The notes beneath the pieces were generated by a model, which had not been told where the DNA came from, did not search any database, and saw nothing but the letters and a program-made list of their open reading frames with translations. This document shows positions 48,835 through 61,615 of a stretch of 64,000 nt of DNA, one piece after another. The translations under genes and the position numbers were made by a program. The first letter of the stretch is position 1. The number at the start of each line of letters is the position of its first letter. Where the stretch lies: the NCBI GenBank assembly GCA_030141605.1, contig JAQGDQ010000563.1, forward strand, positions 1 through 64,000, given 5' to 3'. This stretch comes from Tubiluchus corallicola. Lineage: Eukaryota > Animalia > Priapulida.

Positions 48835-50589
48835 CTGCAAAAACGAGGCTGTGTTAAGTTACACCACTTTCTATCTAGAAAAGCAATCAAATGGAACAGT
48901 ATTTGAATATGTAAGAGAAAAAATAACAGCACTTGTAACGTAGCTTCTTAATTGTTTTCTACTTTATGTTTTTCTACTTTGTTTAGTGGTTAGAGGTTAG
49001 TGGTTAGAAGAGTCGCTCTTGTTGTGGTGTTAGAAACAGCAGGGTGGACCACTAACCACTGGTCAAGGGGCAGGGCAATAGACGTCAGCTAGTTTTACTT
49101 TTAGGTCGCATCTCCTCATAGGGCTTTTCGTTTCTTCAATTTTGTTTCGCAAACATTTTGTGTTCTGTAGGGCAGATGTGCACCTGGGTTTTAAAAAGCT
49201 GACAAGCTTTAAACACTCGAGGGAGTGGTCAAAACGCAAAATATGGGGTCCCCAGTTGGTGACCTTTTACATGCTGAAGGCTAGAGACACAAAACTCACA
49301 GGGTACGCCATCTTGGCAAAGTTGCCTATATACAGATGTAGCAAGTAGTAGTAGTAGCAGCACTAAATTTATTGACTGATGACAGTCCATTCAAATCCAT
49401 TTAAAATTGCATGTTAAGTTAGTTGTAACAAAAAATTTGATCGTTTGAAAATACTAAATCTCTCATAAGCAAAATGCATTAGATTATGTTGGCCCAAGCT
49501 AATACATAATGACTGTATATTAGTAAAGTCCAAATTGCTATACAGTTCTCTAAAATGTTCACTTTCCCACACTGGCACTGTATGTGTTGTTCTGCAAACA
49601 CAAAGGGAATCTTTCCTGGATATCCTATTCCATCTCGCTCCATGATCCTGTAAACTCAAGTCTTTCACTTCAGGTACATTATCACTGAATTCCTGGTTTA
49701 CGTAGACTTTATGGACTCCTAACTGAGGATTGATTGTAGATTATGTACTTAGATCCAGATGAGTTAAAGATTTTATTTTGCAATATTTTGCCCTTCCACA
49801 TCTATAGGATTTTCTTCACATTAGAAACGTATTTAGCTGCAAGCAGTACAAGTTTCATGATCATGATTTTAGACACCAAAAAGTCTTGATACCCGAAAGT
49901 GTACACTGTACGTCCAATTTTGGAGTTCCTTCATAGGTCTCAATGCATTTCTTATGTTTTTAAGATTTTTGGAGTTTATATTCTGTGAATTAAAGCTAGA
50001 AGAAGAATTTTTGCACTCGATTACTTGCATCTGTAGCAAAAGTTGGCGAGAAATGTAGCCGGCTTTAAAAGATGAAGCCATTTAACCTTTTAAACTTAAT
50101 ATAAAAAGTTTACTATTCTACTTAAGAGAGAATTCTCTGTTTTTAGCTTAATCCTTAACATATCAATGGAATGCAAGATGTATTTCCGTTTTTTCCATTT
50201 AAATTTCAATGGTCGAAAACAGGAGATTTCAGAATTTTTCAAAAATCGTTCCGAACTGCGGATGTATATCTGAAATTCTTCTGGAGACTCCTGACCAAAT
50301 CAGTACTGGTTCATGTACATTTATGAACTCATTCATTCATAAAATGAGACTCATTCTCATTTTAATTTACTGTCCAAAATATACATTTTCTTGGCTAAAA
50401 AGTTAACAATTGTTCTCTTATATTTGAACCTTAAAAGCCAATTAACGGCAACCGAACATGGCTATTGCTTACAGCAGAAACTAACCACAGTTTCTGCAAT
50501 GGCAGGCATCTTTCCTTGCGCGTCAAGCACATTTGCGTAGGTGTTACAGTACTGCTTAAATATTCCTGGTCTTTTTTACAATAGACTAT

Positions 50590-50797
50590 ACTTTTACTAT
50601 TAGAAGATCAGTACTTGCAACTTTTACTATTACAAGATCAGTACGTGCAACTTTTACAATTAGAAGCTCAGTACGTGCAACGTTTACTATTAGAAGATCA
50701 GTACGTGCAACGTTTACTATTAGAAAATTAGTACGTGCAACTTTTACTATTAGAAGATCACTACGTGCAACGTTTACTATTGGAAAATCAGTACGTA
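50590..50797. repeat. 30-bp minisatellite, about 7 copies
   Basis: Unit cttttactattagaagatcagtacgtgcaa. Confidence 0.9.
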
Positions 50798-50930
50798 CTA
50801 CCAATATGCTCACCAATAACAACAATTTGTAGCATCGAAAGGATAACCCAAAACTAAACGTTTATTCAAAACAACTAAGCTATTTGAACTTGACAAATAA
50901 TTCGTACCATAAAATTTTTATTATATTTAC

Positions 50931-51024
50931 CTGTTGCAAACATAGTATCGATGATAAGCTCACATGAATATATAAACATCACAACAAAAAAAGCAATCTG
51001 CCATTCCCTAGTACACCGAACCAT
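50931..51024 (-). CDS. POMK: POMK-like first coding exon with signal anchor: MVRCTREWQIAFFVVMFIYSCELIIDTMFAT
   Basis: ATG, hydrophobic stretch, phase-1 donor gtaaat compatible with the 48834 acceptor; exon probably starts at acceptor ttttctag|51165. Confidence 0.65.
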
Positions 51025-54000
51025 TACTGTTGGAACGTTGCTTTGGCGTTGGCGTTGGTCTTTTTCAAACGTCTGGCGTTGGTGTTTAGATTGAAATTAA
51101 CAGAAATGATAAATTCAAAGTGGTGATACAAATTCGGAAGTTCCTTGAATACTATCTTGCAAAACCTAGAAAATTAACGTACACATCATTTTGTAAAGAA
51201 ATTTTTATATAATTAACCTTAGATCGACTATATGATCAACTTAATATAATTCATTATAACTAATAATAATATATATATATAACTAATCAATATATTATAA
51301 TAACACAAAATGTCTATGATCAATTTAAAATTATACTGCAATGTGTTTTAACTCGAAGATTAAACTTACTTATGCGTTCTGTATTTATTTTCACAAATGC
51401 AAAAAAATATATATACCTACACTCCAGTACTGGAAGCTGCCGTGGCTCTGATTACTTGTACCTTGTTAATATTAAAAAAGTTGCTTGTATAAATTGGAGC
51501 TGTCCAAGAACTAACAACGTCTACAATGGTATTAAGATTGAAAAAGCTTTCGTGTAAATCACTCATGTTAGAAAGCTTAAAAACTGGGTTATTTGAATGA
51601 TTACCGAGACGTTCAGAGAAGCAAGATTAATTTAATAAATATGAGAAATTTTGTGCTAAATTGAAATCAAAGATTTCAAGAAATTCCCTATAATCTCATA
51701 GCTACCAAAAAAGCTTCTCGTGGTTTGCATAAAGTATACGGCAGAAGAAAAAGGCAAATACACAAGTAAATACGTGCGTAATGGACTTTACAGCAGTCAT
51801 GCCACTTAGGGGAGTTGATAAGAGCAAAAATTGCTCAATTTTTGATAAAATTTGTACAGCTGTAGCATTTGACAAATCCTTTTAGTTAAATTATAGTTCT
51901 ACGAATTGCTCTAGCTATCTCCATAAAATATTTCTGATCGTAAATAGTGCCACACTAATTAATAAGTTTTGCACATTTTAAAAGGCATATTGGTGCAATT
52001 GCAACAGCTCACTGTGCAACGCTTGTACAAACTTTTCACAATGCCAGATAACACGTGGCAACTACACGTTTTAATATTGTATTGGTCCGACATTTGCAAA
52101 AACAATGTGACATCATTAGTTCAACATTGTCGTGCAACGTGGAATAATTATGGAATACTGGTTGCTTCTGTAACCTCCCCTTATTAAATTAAAATAAGTT
52201 TATACCCGATTCTTCGATTATCTTACATGTTAATATAAATTTACTAATCAATCAACAGGCTCAGCCCGCCATAAGCTTCACTTGGGTTGCTTGATACACG
52301 TGGTGTGAATTTTTTCCTAGTCTTTTAGACACTAAGACTGCTGGTAATAAATCTAGTAGAGCCAATAGTAGCCAAGCTGCTTGTTTTATTAATAGAACGT
52401 AATACGAGGTAATTACATATGTTTTCTAATGTAAAAATCATACGAAACTAGTGGCCAAAGTTTCTGAGGCGGTCAGGAACTGAAGATTTTACAAACAATA
52501 ATTACAGAATTACAATGTTGAAAATCATGATTTTATTGAATTCTAGTTGCTTGATTACCTGGTGGGCCTTGGCAGGTAATACTAGCACTAAAATATCGAT
52601 CTGTGGGAGTTTATTGGAACACAAATGTTTTTTCTGAATCAGTAAGTATGTTATGTAGTATTCTAGAATCCCCTGTGGATTGACCTTTGGGAAATTTTTT
52701 TTGGGTCGGCTGAATTTAGGCCCAGATGAGCCTGAAAATGTAGAAATTTGTGCACGGCAAGAATGAGGTCATACAAGCTTTGAGAGGCTACAATTTTTTA
52801 GCATTATGCTCAAGTATGATTATCTAGATAGTTGCAGAAAAAATTTGAATGGTCCGTCATGACTCACCAACCTAAAAACTGTCCCGTCTCAGAAGAGTCC
52901 ATTAATGTATTGAAGATACACGATGTTCATTTTTCTCAAGCTACTTTTATTACAACTGTAAAATTTTTGCCTATACAGTGTTCTGTTCTTACACACGGTT
53001 AGATAAAGTTCCAGCGTCATGCTTACATAAAATATTACAAAAAAGTGATAAGCACATAGCTTTAGATGCATATTTTTCATTTTACCACCTTAAATCATTT
53101 AAGTTTATGATGAATGATCCTCATTATATTTAAAGAATATTTCTCATTGTATCTCATTGGAACAAATTGTCAAAAGTCTATCCTCGTGTGACACAGGAAC
53201 TTGACTCGAGTCATGTAACCATCCCATCAAGATTAGCCTTAGCAGTAATATCAATTAGTTACAATGGTTACTATTTAAATTAGTAACAGCCTTGGTAAGA
53301 AGGTTAGATTGGATTTTGAGCTGTTTGTAGTGTTTAGGAGTAGGGTGAGTTACACAATTACATTAAAAAAATGTGTTAAGAAGCGAGGTAATTCGGTAGT
53401 TTTTTTTTTACTTAAGTTTCAAACATTTCATAATTGCGGCCATGCAAAAACGAAACCACGATAATCAGGCATCGTATTAGCTGTTTCACATAAAAAAACT
53501 ATTATAAAAACAAAAAGAAATTATTTTTGTCATTTTAGCTTTGTTTAATCTAGAAACTACTAGACCCAAAAAATTTAAAAAAGAAGGAAAATAATAAGCA
53601 AAAAAGTTGTGAAATTTTGATAATGCACCTGGGAGATTAATTGTTACGGGGTCAGTCGAAAATTCTGCAATAATGTCACCATTTTCAAGGTGACCAACAA
53701 GATTTTTGTCGCTAGTTCTTAAAAAATATCACTGAAAAAGCAATGGGCACTGCAAACTGATCAAACTTTGTTATAATTGGTTTGGCCTGTATGGTAGTAA
53801 TTATTATTATTATTATTCAGTTAAACTTTAACAATATCAACAATACAATACAATCCACATCACTTGTTAAATGCAAAGTCTGTCTGACAAATCACTGTGC
53901 TGCACGAAACAAACTGTTCAATACAGAATCTATAAATCATAAAATATGGTGATGTAAATTGTAACAGTGACTGTAACAAATTTCTGTTATCGTAACGCCC

Positions 54001-54243
54001 AGAGTGTCTTAAAGACATACGACTGAAGTAATGGATATTGCCAAAGAATCAACTCTGTCAGCCAACACTTTTGTCAACACTGATTTGGTATACAAGGTAG
54101 TAATTATTATTATCATTCAGTTAAACTGTAAAAATATAAACAATAGCATGTATGTCATGCATGTTGGACATGCAAAGCATTGTGCCGTAAGAAACAAACT
54201 GTCCAATACAGAATTTATAAAATGATTTGGTGATACAAATAAC

Positions 54244-54392
54244 ATTAAATCTAAAACAATCTCTCCCATTCAATGCATCTGCCCAGAGCTGTTCAAGCAA
54301 AACAAGTATGAAGAATACGGCAGGCATGGGAAAAATTGTCGGAATTTCTATTTTGTTGTGAAAAGAATGGGAGGGCGGGAAATCATAGAAAA
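54244..54392 (-). pseudogene. Isolated AGMO (alkylglycerol monooxygenase)-like exon: FYDFPPSHSFHNKIEIPTIFPMPAVFFILVLLEQLWADALNGRDCFRFN
   Basis: Good acceptor (caatttacag); pattern FY..PS..SF....E+P.......FFI.L+LLE.....L.G....R resembles the AGMO N-terminus; no convincing donor or further exons found. Confidence 0.5.
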
Positions 54393-56803
54393 CTGTAAAT
54401 TGAGAAAAAAGAAGCCATATTAATGTGATGACTACACATCTACCTGACTCGTTAACTTATTACACACACAATGATATCTCAAAGATTGTATGCAAACATG
54501 CAGTAATAATAAGATGATCTAAATAATACTTCAAAACGTTGTATTAGTAATATGGCAAAACGTATAGAGTTTACTAATAACACTGAAATGTGTGTAGGCA
54601 ACTTGAGTTTCAAAAATAACCAGTCAAACATTATGCTGTGTTCGGTACACAAATATTAGTTATGAAAAAACATGTAACATTTATGTACAAAATTAGACGT
54701 AAAACAAATAGCCAAACACCCAGCTCAAGATCTATAGTGTGATCACTATTCATTTTAATAATTTTTTATACAATAGTAAAATACTTAAGTAAAAAGGTAT
54801 ATTCAGGTTGTTTTCAACTTGTTTTGTGCAAAACTTCTTTCAGTAGCATGACGTCACCAATGCACAAAACTCTTCTGCCTGCTTCAAAATGATTTCTTCT
54901 GTGACGGCTTGAACAGTCAGACAGCTTGGAGAATAGTCAGGTGAAAGTGCGAAAAGGAATAAGTCACATCATCTGCTTCCTTTTGGATTTTAGCAAAGCT
55001 CAATGATGGGTCTAAAAATCTTCAGCTGGTCAGCTGTGGAAGCAATTAAAGCACAATGTTCATTTTTTGCTGTCAATCTTGCTAAACAACTTCTGGAAGT
55101 TTTCCTTATTAATTATTGGAGCCTTTGTTCTGGTATGCCAAACGAGAACCTGAAACAGAAAAGCATTTGTATAAAACAGGCTGTCTTGGCCTTCTACAAA
55201 TTTCTTTGCTTTATCACATAAAAAACAAGACATCGAGATTACTAAAAATGGCGTAACTTCTATACATTAGAAAAATAAGCTATAGTCTCCTGGGAATTTA
55301 GTAGTGTTGTACTAATAATATAACATTGTGTTTATTACTAATGACAACGCAGAGTTTTTTAAGTTTTCAATGAATGGTCATTACATGTATCATATTATAA
55401 TTATTATTTGATCTGTTTTTCATTATTGATGCATGCAATTGATGTTTGAACATATTTTCCATTGATTTCATTGATGATTAGATCACTAACAAAAAAGAAG
55501 AAAGGCACGTTTAGGTACTTTGTTATTTTAGGTACAAATTTAAAATTTCCTTAACAAATGAACAAAGAGACATTTATAACTGATGTTGCCTTTTGCAACA
55601 TATTGTTTGTTTTAGTATAAAAGGTATTTACGTTTTCAAAACTTTTGTGAGTGCCGTGTAACATTCTTAATGCAGCACTTTATTAATTATATGACAACGT
55701 ATTTTATTGTTTCTGTTGTTAAAATTACATGCATCAAAACTGTTGCATCCTGCTTTTTAGTATTGCTTGTTAAATTTTACATTGTTTCTGTTTTTGTGAA
55801 TGTACGAGCATTTTTATAACATGTATGTATGTAACATGTATTTTTTTGCCTGAAATTGGGAGCTTTTGCAACTTTAATAGTTCATTATTGGTTTGTTAGC
55901 TTACCTGAAAATTACCTGTAGATATGGTAAATACAGACTCCAAGTTCTTATGTGTACTTTTTATAACTTATAAAAACTTGATGAACATAGGCATAGTGTC
56001 ACTTTGATTCATTTGTGATTTTCAAACAAGTCTATTGTTTGTTTACTAATCTATTCCAAACAACAAAACATTTTGGCAAATACCTTATGTGATGTGTTTA
56101 CATTGTATTTTTGCTGAATTCTAATTTTTTCTCCACAATCAATTTTTTGGCAAGACATGTAGTGTTGAAAAAGATGAATTCTTTTTTGTTGTTGTTTGTC
56201 TTGTTAAAAACTTTTGCTAAGCCCATAGGACAGTAACGTGCCATATTTGTGCAAGAACTTTAATCACTGGCTAATCTGCAGATATAGATTTTCCGAACAA
56301 TTAATGAGACGTTAATTAATTAATTAACGTTAAAATCTTTCGACACTTTAACGGTTTTTTTGGGGCATCTTTTCCGGGCCATCTGTCCAGATTTTTAATG
56401 AGATAGAGGTGCTGTACTTAGCAAATATACTCAGCTGCTTCAAGAGACTGTAACAGTCTATTAACTGAATCACTCCTGTTGAAAGCTATAACTGTTAAGG
56501 TCAAGTGAAAATCTTTCACATTTAGAGAATGTGGGTCCATTTGTATGAGGTAGACAGTCTTGGTCGTAAATTTATCTTTTCATGCGGTTTAACAGATTCT
56601 CAAATAAATGTTAGAATGATTAGTAAACAACACAAAATGGTCATATACGCCTTTAATAATATTTTGAATGTGTATACAAGTTTTTTAGCGAAATATGCGC
56701 CAGGGACACGCATGTACATTTTTACAACATGAAATTATGTGTTCGGTTCTTATGCAGACAAGATTTACCGACAATATTTTCGCTGGGGGAAACAGTCTTC
56801 ATT

Positions 56804-56841
56804 CTCTCTCTCTCCGTCTCTCTCTCTCTATACACACACAA

Positions 56842-56931
<90 letters not shown>
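56804..56931. repeat. (TC)n(CA)n microsatellite
   Basis: Direct inspection. Confidence 0.95.
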
Positions 56932-56936
<5 letters not shown>

Positions 56937-59900
56937 AATACATATCACAAAATTTAGCGGATATTAGATATTCTTACTTGCTGTTTTTCATAAAATATTT
57001 TTGTATTTATTAACTTTTAATGAGACAGGCTCCTGTCTCTTTTTCATGTTTTGCGATGACTTTTTGTCCAGTGATACTTTGAATAAAAGTGCTGCATTTT
57101 TAGTTATAAGATTTTCATAGTAATTTGGTGAATGTCTGACTGATCAGAAGACAAAATTTATGACCTAATACTTGCATTGCAAGTTGCTAACTACCATGTC
57201 ACTTGAGTATGTAAGTATGCTGAATAGGTAAAAATATGCAAATAAACTGAATAAAACATTAGAAAGTTTAAATTCTGGGCAATAAGTGATCAGTGGAGTA
57301 GCAAGTGCTGGTGGCATCGTGGGGCAAAAAAAATTCTGGCGTCCTGCACTGTTAAACTTTTTAAGATAAGTGGTGAATCCACAAATTGTGCGCGTTTTAT
57401 TGTGTCCCTGAGCCACACTCTCCCATCCTTATGATGGGATAAAGATAAACTATTTTTTTCTAAAAATCACCTTGAGTTGTATTTGCGGTACTGCGCCAGA
57501 ATAAGTCTTTTCTAAGCATTAGTTGTTCATAACACGACATTCCTTAAACATTCAGCTGCAACATTAAAACATGCAAAGTTTATGAAAGATACAGAATTCT
57601 ACAGGTTTTCACAATAATAAAATCGGCACTTAGAGAAACAGTGGAGTTTGTTTAAATGCTGGTCGTATCATTATGAAAACCTGTAGAATTCTGTATCTTT
57701 GACTTAGGCAATTTTGCTGTATCTTGAAAACCTTTATTAATTGTTTTGTTAATGTCAGATAATTGTGTGCTTGCATTGTAAAATCGTCCAAGCCCATCAC
57801 TCATAACTAAGCTGAGATAATCCACGTTGAAGTTGAGCTGCTGGCTACGCACTGAAAAACGTAATCTTGAGAAAATCACTGTTAAAATAAGCCATCGTTT
57901 TTTGTTGCATTTGTACAAAACACTTATCAATCGCATAAATGTTGGTTGCTACGGATTTTGCAAGAACACGTTGAGATTACGTTTAAATCCAGCTAAAAGC
58001 TCTTTCTGACAAAGATCTGGGCTTGGCAATAGAAAAATTTGAAACAAAATGATTACTTCCATGAGCCACTATTGGAGTTTGAAAATAAAAGTTTTTCTCA
58101 TTGCATCACTTGCTTCTAGCCAGAAAATTGGTTTAAGAATTAGATTTCTAGTATTTTCTGGATAATTTGTTGCTAGAATATTAAAGTCCAACATATTTAG
58201 CTTTTGTTTTTATAACTTTGAAACACTCTCCACTTTGAAACATCATAACACAGTTTTAACTATGTCGACTTATGGCCGATTTTGGTTTGCAAGCACACAG
58301 TTAATAATTAACAGTTATTGAAGAGGTTACAGAGGTTTTCAATTCCTAATATTTTTTAATTTCTTTTGGCGGTATATGTAAGAGGAAACCAGATGTGAAT
58401 CTGCTATTTTCCAAAGAAACTTTGTAACTTGATTTTGCTGGTTTGTTTTGCTTGTTAGATGATGTCAGCAAAATCGAAACAAAGCAAGATGTAATTCGTC
58501 ATCGTTTATGGAGAAACTTGTTTAGATAAAGTGTCGAACATTGTGCGGTTGTGAAGGAGTTATGTAACTTTTAAATGTCAGTTTCTAAACTAAAACCTCA
58601 ACAACATGGCAATTTGTGGCTTCCACTATTATTAAAATAAATTCAGGCCAGTCTCTAACAATTTCACGTTTTTTTTTAAATTGCCATTCTATCTTGCGTG
58701 AACAGCTTTGGACTCTCATTGGTATCCACCCAGAATTGATCTCGTAAGAGCGTCCGATTTCAAAGTACCGTTGTTATGATTGTTTCTGCTCGAATACTGA
58801 TGTGGCAAAGTCAAAAAGCCTAAAGCAGCGTTCACTCTTTAAAAAAAATTATTAAGTGATAAGAGCAACAGAGCTATAAAGTATTATAGCACGTTTTCTG
58901 ACGTGTGAATGCAAATTTAGATGTTCAAAAAAGGAGTGGTGTAATTTTCTTAATTACTTACATCATAGCAGCATATAGTTGGCTCAAAGAGGAAATACAT
59001 GTAGCACCAAGGCAAGAAAATATACAAATATTGAGCAACACAATAACAAAAATTAGCGCCTTAATTCACACATTAGGCTTTGCACATCAGTGACTACGCT
59101 CACACCTTTTACTTGCCTTATACTACTGACACCTGGTGTTTGAAATTCACGAAAAATCCTCACACTAACAATATCTCAATAATTTGAAGCCAAACACAAT
59201 CACTGAATCTGAATAAGCTGCTTAAGTTTAAACTATTATGTAATGAAATTTTAATACTGCTGATTAGTGAAGCTTGGAAAATTAGCTGCGCTGTTGCAAA
59301 AATCAATATAAATTATTTTATCTTTACAGCATGAAACCTATTTTTAGATGGCTACATGACAGTTCAGTTACTATATAGTTATTATGCACATACATCACAC
59401 ACCTCCACATTGTGTTGCTGCCAAATTTTTGAGTATGATGCAACGTACTCATGCAGATACACAGAAAAAGTAATACCAAAAGTAACGATCGGTGAGTTCT
59501 AAAACGTGAAAGTTTTTTACTAACAAAGAGAATAAAAACATCTAAACTTTCCATCTAAGCAACTAAACAACTACCGTACTATGCCTTTGTTATCAATAAC
59601 CGTTGTTGAACGCTCAAATCTAGAGTAAGATGCACTATTCGGTATGATTCTTGTTTTAGTCTCTTTAGCCTGTTTATATTCCTCAGTGATGCCTGAGAAG
59701 CAAATCTAGGCTGGCGAAACAGTATTACCAACTCCTCCTTTTTTCCCAACCAGTGTTAAACGATTCATAAAATTGCTGTTTATATTTTTCAACATATTCA
59801 ATATAAAAAGGCTTTGTTTTACTATTTTCAGGCAGTTTATCCAACTCATAACGAACTTTTGTAGCTCGGTCATGATCGATTTAATAGTGCCTTTACGTGT

Positions 59901-60534
59901 TAGTATGGCAATAGATGTTTTTGCATATGTAGCGAATACCCTTGTGCTACAATCTCTTGTGCTGCACAACAAACCTGTGTCATGATCCGTTTCTAGCCCG
60001 GCCTCCATTTGGGACTGATAATGCCGTAGCACACACGAATCTGTGTTTACACATTGGATTTGAGCTATTTTGCACAAATGTTAAAATCCTTCATGTTACT
60101 TTCAGTCTTTTAATAAACTTTTCCGCATTTTTCAAAATTTATTTTCTTGCTCTTGTTCTGGCACCTCTCCCTGTGGGCTCTCAATGATAAGACATGATAA
60201 TGATTTAACATGATTAGCACTCTTTTAGACTTTAGCAAAGGAGATTAAATTTTGGTAATTTCAGTTAATAATCTGTTAGTGCCTAGTGGCACAGCTCATT
60301 TGAAGCATGTTGTTCATAGGAATAGCTATAACTTTCAATACTTCACATCATAAACATGATCCTGCTCGGATCATTTGTGATTACAATCCGGTACTTTTAA
60401 CTCAATTGAAGTATTTTGCCATTCTTTCAATGGTGCTCCAGGGTGGTGATTTAATTTAAAAAATCTTTATATTCTGTAGACATTCTTGTTGCTTTTCATC
60501 TCTTCTTACCATTCACTGGGGATCTCGAGGTTAG

Positions 60535-61055
60535 CTAAACAAAAGCTTCTATTGACATTCCTGTCTCTCTACTTGCTAAACGTCTCTTCTTAACAATTTC
60601 CCAGTGAGTTCCACGTTGGTGGTTTAACTGAATAAAAAGCGTCTGCATTCTATTGACATTCCTGTCTATATTTGCTGAGCGTCTCTTCTCAACTCTTTCA
60701 CCGGGACTTCCAGGGTGGCGGTTTAACTGAACAAAAAACTTCTGCATTCTATTGACATTCCGATCTCTATTTGCTAAGCGGCTCTTCTTAACTCTTTCCC
60801 TGGGAGTTCCAGGGAGGCAGCTTAACCAAACAAAAACTCTTCTGTAGACTATTGATATTCCTGTCCCTATTTGCTAAGCGGCTCTTCTTAACTCTTTCCC
60901 TGGGAGTTCCAGGGAGGCGGTTTAACTGAACAAAAAGCTTCTGCAGACTATTGACATTCCTGTCTCTATTTGCTTAGCATCTTTTCTTAACTCTTTCACC
61001 GGGAGTTCCAGGGAAGCGGCTTAACCAAACAAAAAATTCTACAGACTATTGATAA
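60535..61055. repeat. Diverged ~99-bp tandem repeat, about 5 copies
   Basis: ctattga(c/t)a anchor at 60549, 60650, 60749, 60849, 60948 and 61046. Confidence 0.85.
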
Positions 61056-61386
61056 TATTCTCTGTCTTTCAGCTCATTCTTTCCGGTATTTAAACAGTAA
61101 CTAGGGTGTGACTAGTATTTGTCTACAATTGCTAAGGTGGGTTATAATTTGTCCACGTGTTTTGTCTCGATTAGTTATCAAAGAATTTAAAAGAATGTAG
61201 GCATTTTGGAGTTTAAAGTTTCTCCTGTGCAGAAAGTGGTACTAAGACATACGCAATAGTTATTGAGGTAATAATGGTTATTGACGCAATAATGAGAAAT
61301 GGCTATTGCTTCACGCTTCTTTGTAGAAAAGATTTTGTCAATTTTAGTGGAATGTTGTACGTAGACTATTATCAGTCTTGTCTGTA

Positions 61387-61615
61387 TTTGCTCTGCTTTC
61401 TTTGTTAAATCTTTCACAGGTGTGGAATGCAGCCTTTGAAATTGAAGTGTGTAATCACTCTTCTTTATTTGCTTAACTCTTTCCGAGGTGTGGAATGCAG
61501 CCTTTGAAATTCAAGTGTGTAATAACTCTTCTTTATTTGCTTAACTCTTTCACAGGTGTGGAATGCAGCCTTTGAAATTCAAGTGTGTAATCACTCTGCT
61601 TTATTTGCTTAACTG
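61387..61615. repeat. 68-bp tandem repeat x3
   Basis: ggtgtggaatgcagcctttgaaatt at about 61419, 61487 and 61555. Confidence 0.88.

Noticed and set aside
51026-51450. C2H2-like CRFCKIVFKELPNLYHH formed across the 51417>51165 junction
   Set aside because: The last His ligand is missing, and the frame has an upstream stop with no start codon.
52889-53080. IFYVSMTLELYLTVCKN as a second AGMO exon
   Set aside because: Weak similarity, no downstream WDS or YYWFHR motifs, and it lies in transposon-like sequence ending in TTAA.
54121-54327. PAVFFILVLLEQLWADAL as the missing PIGN exon 1 (PARRLVLFVADGLRADAL)
   Set aside because: It lacks the DG metal-binding motif and the upstream SIFDIYF; the extended frame fits AGMO better.
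57652-57936. LVMSDGLGR as PIGN exon 1
   Set aside because: It lies in an inverted copy of a dispersed repeat and has no other PIGN motif.
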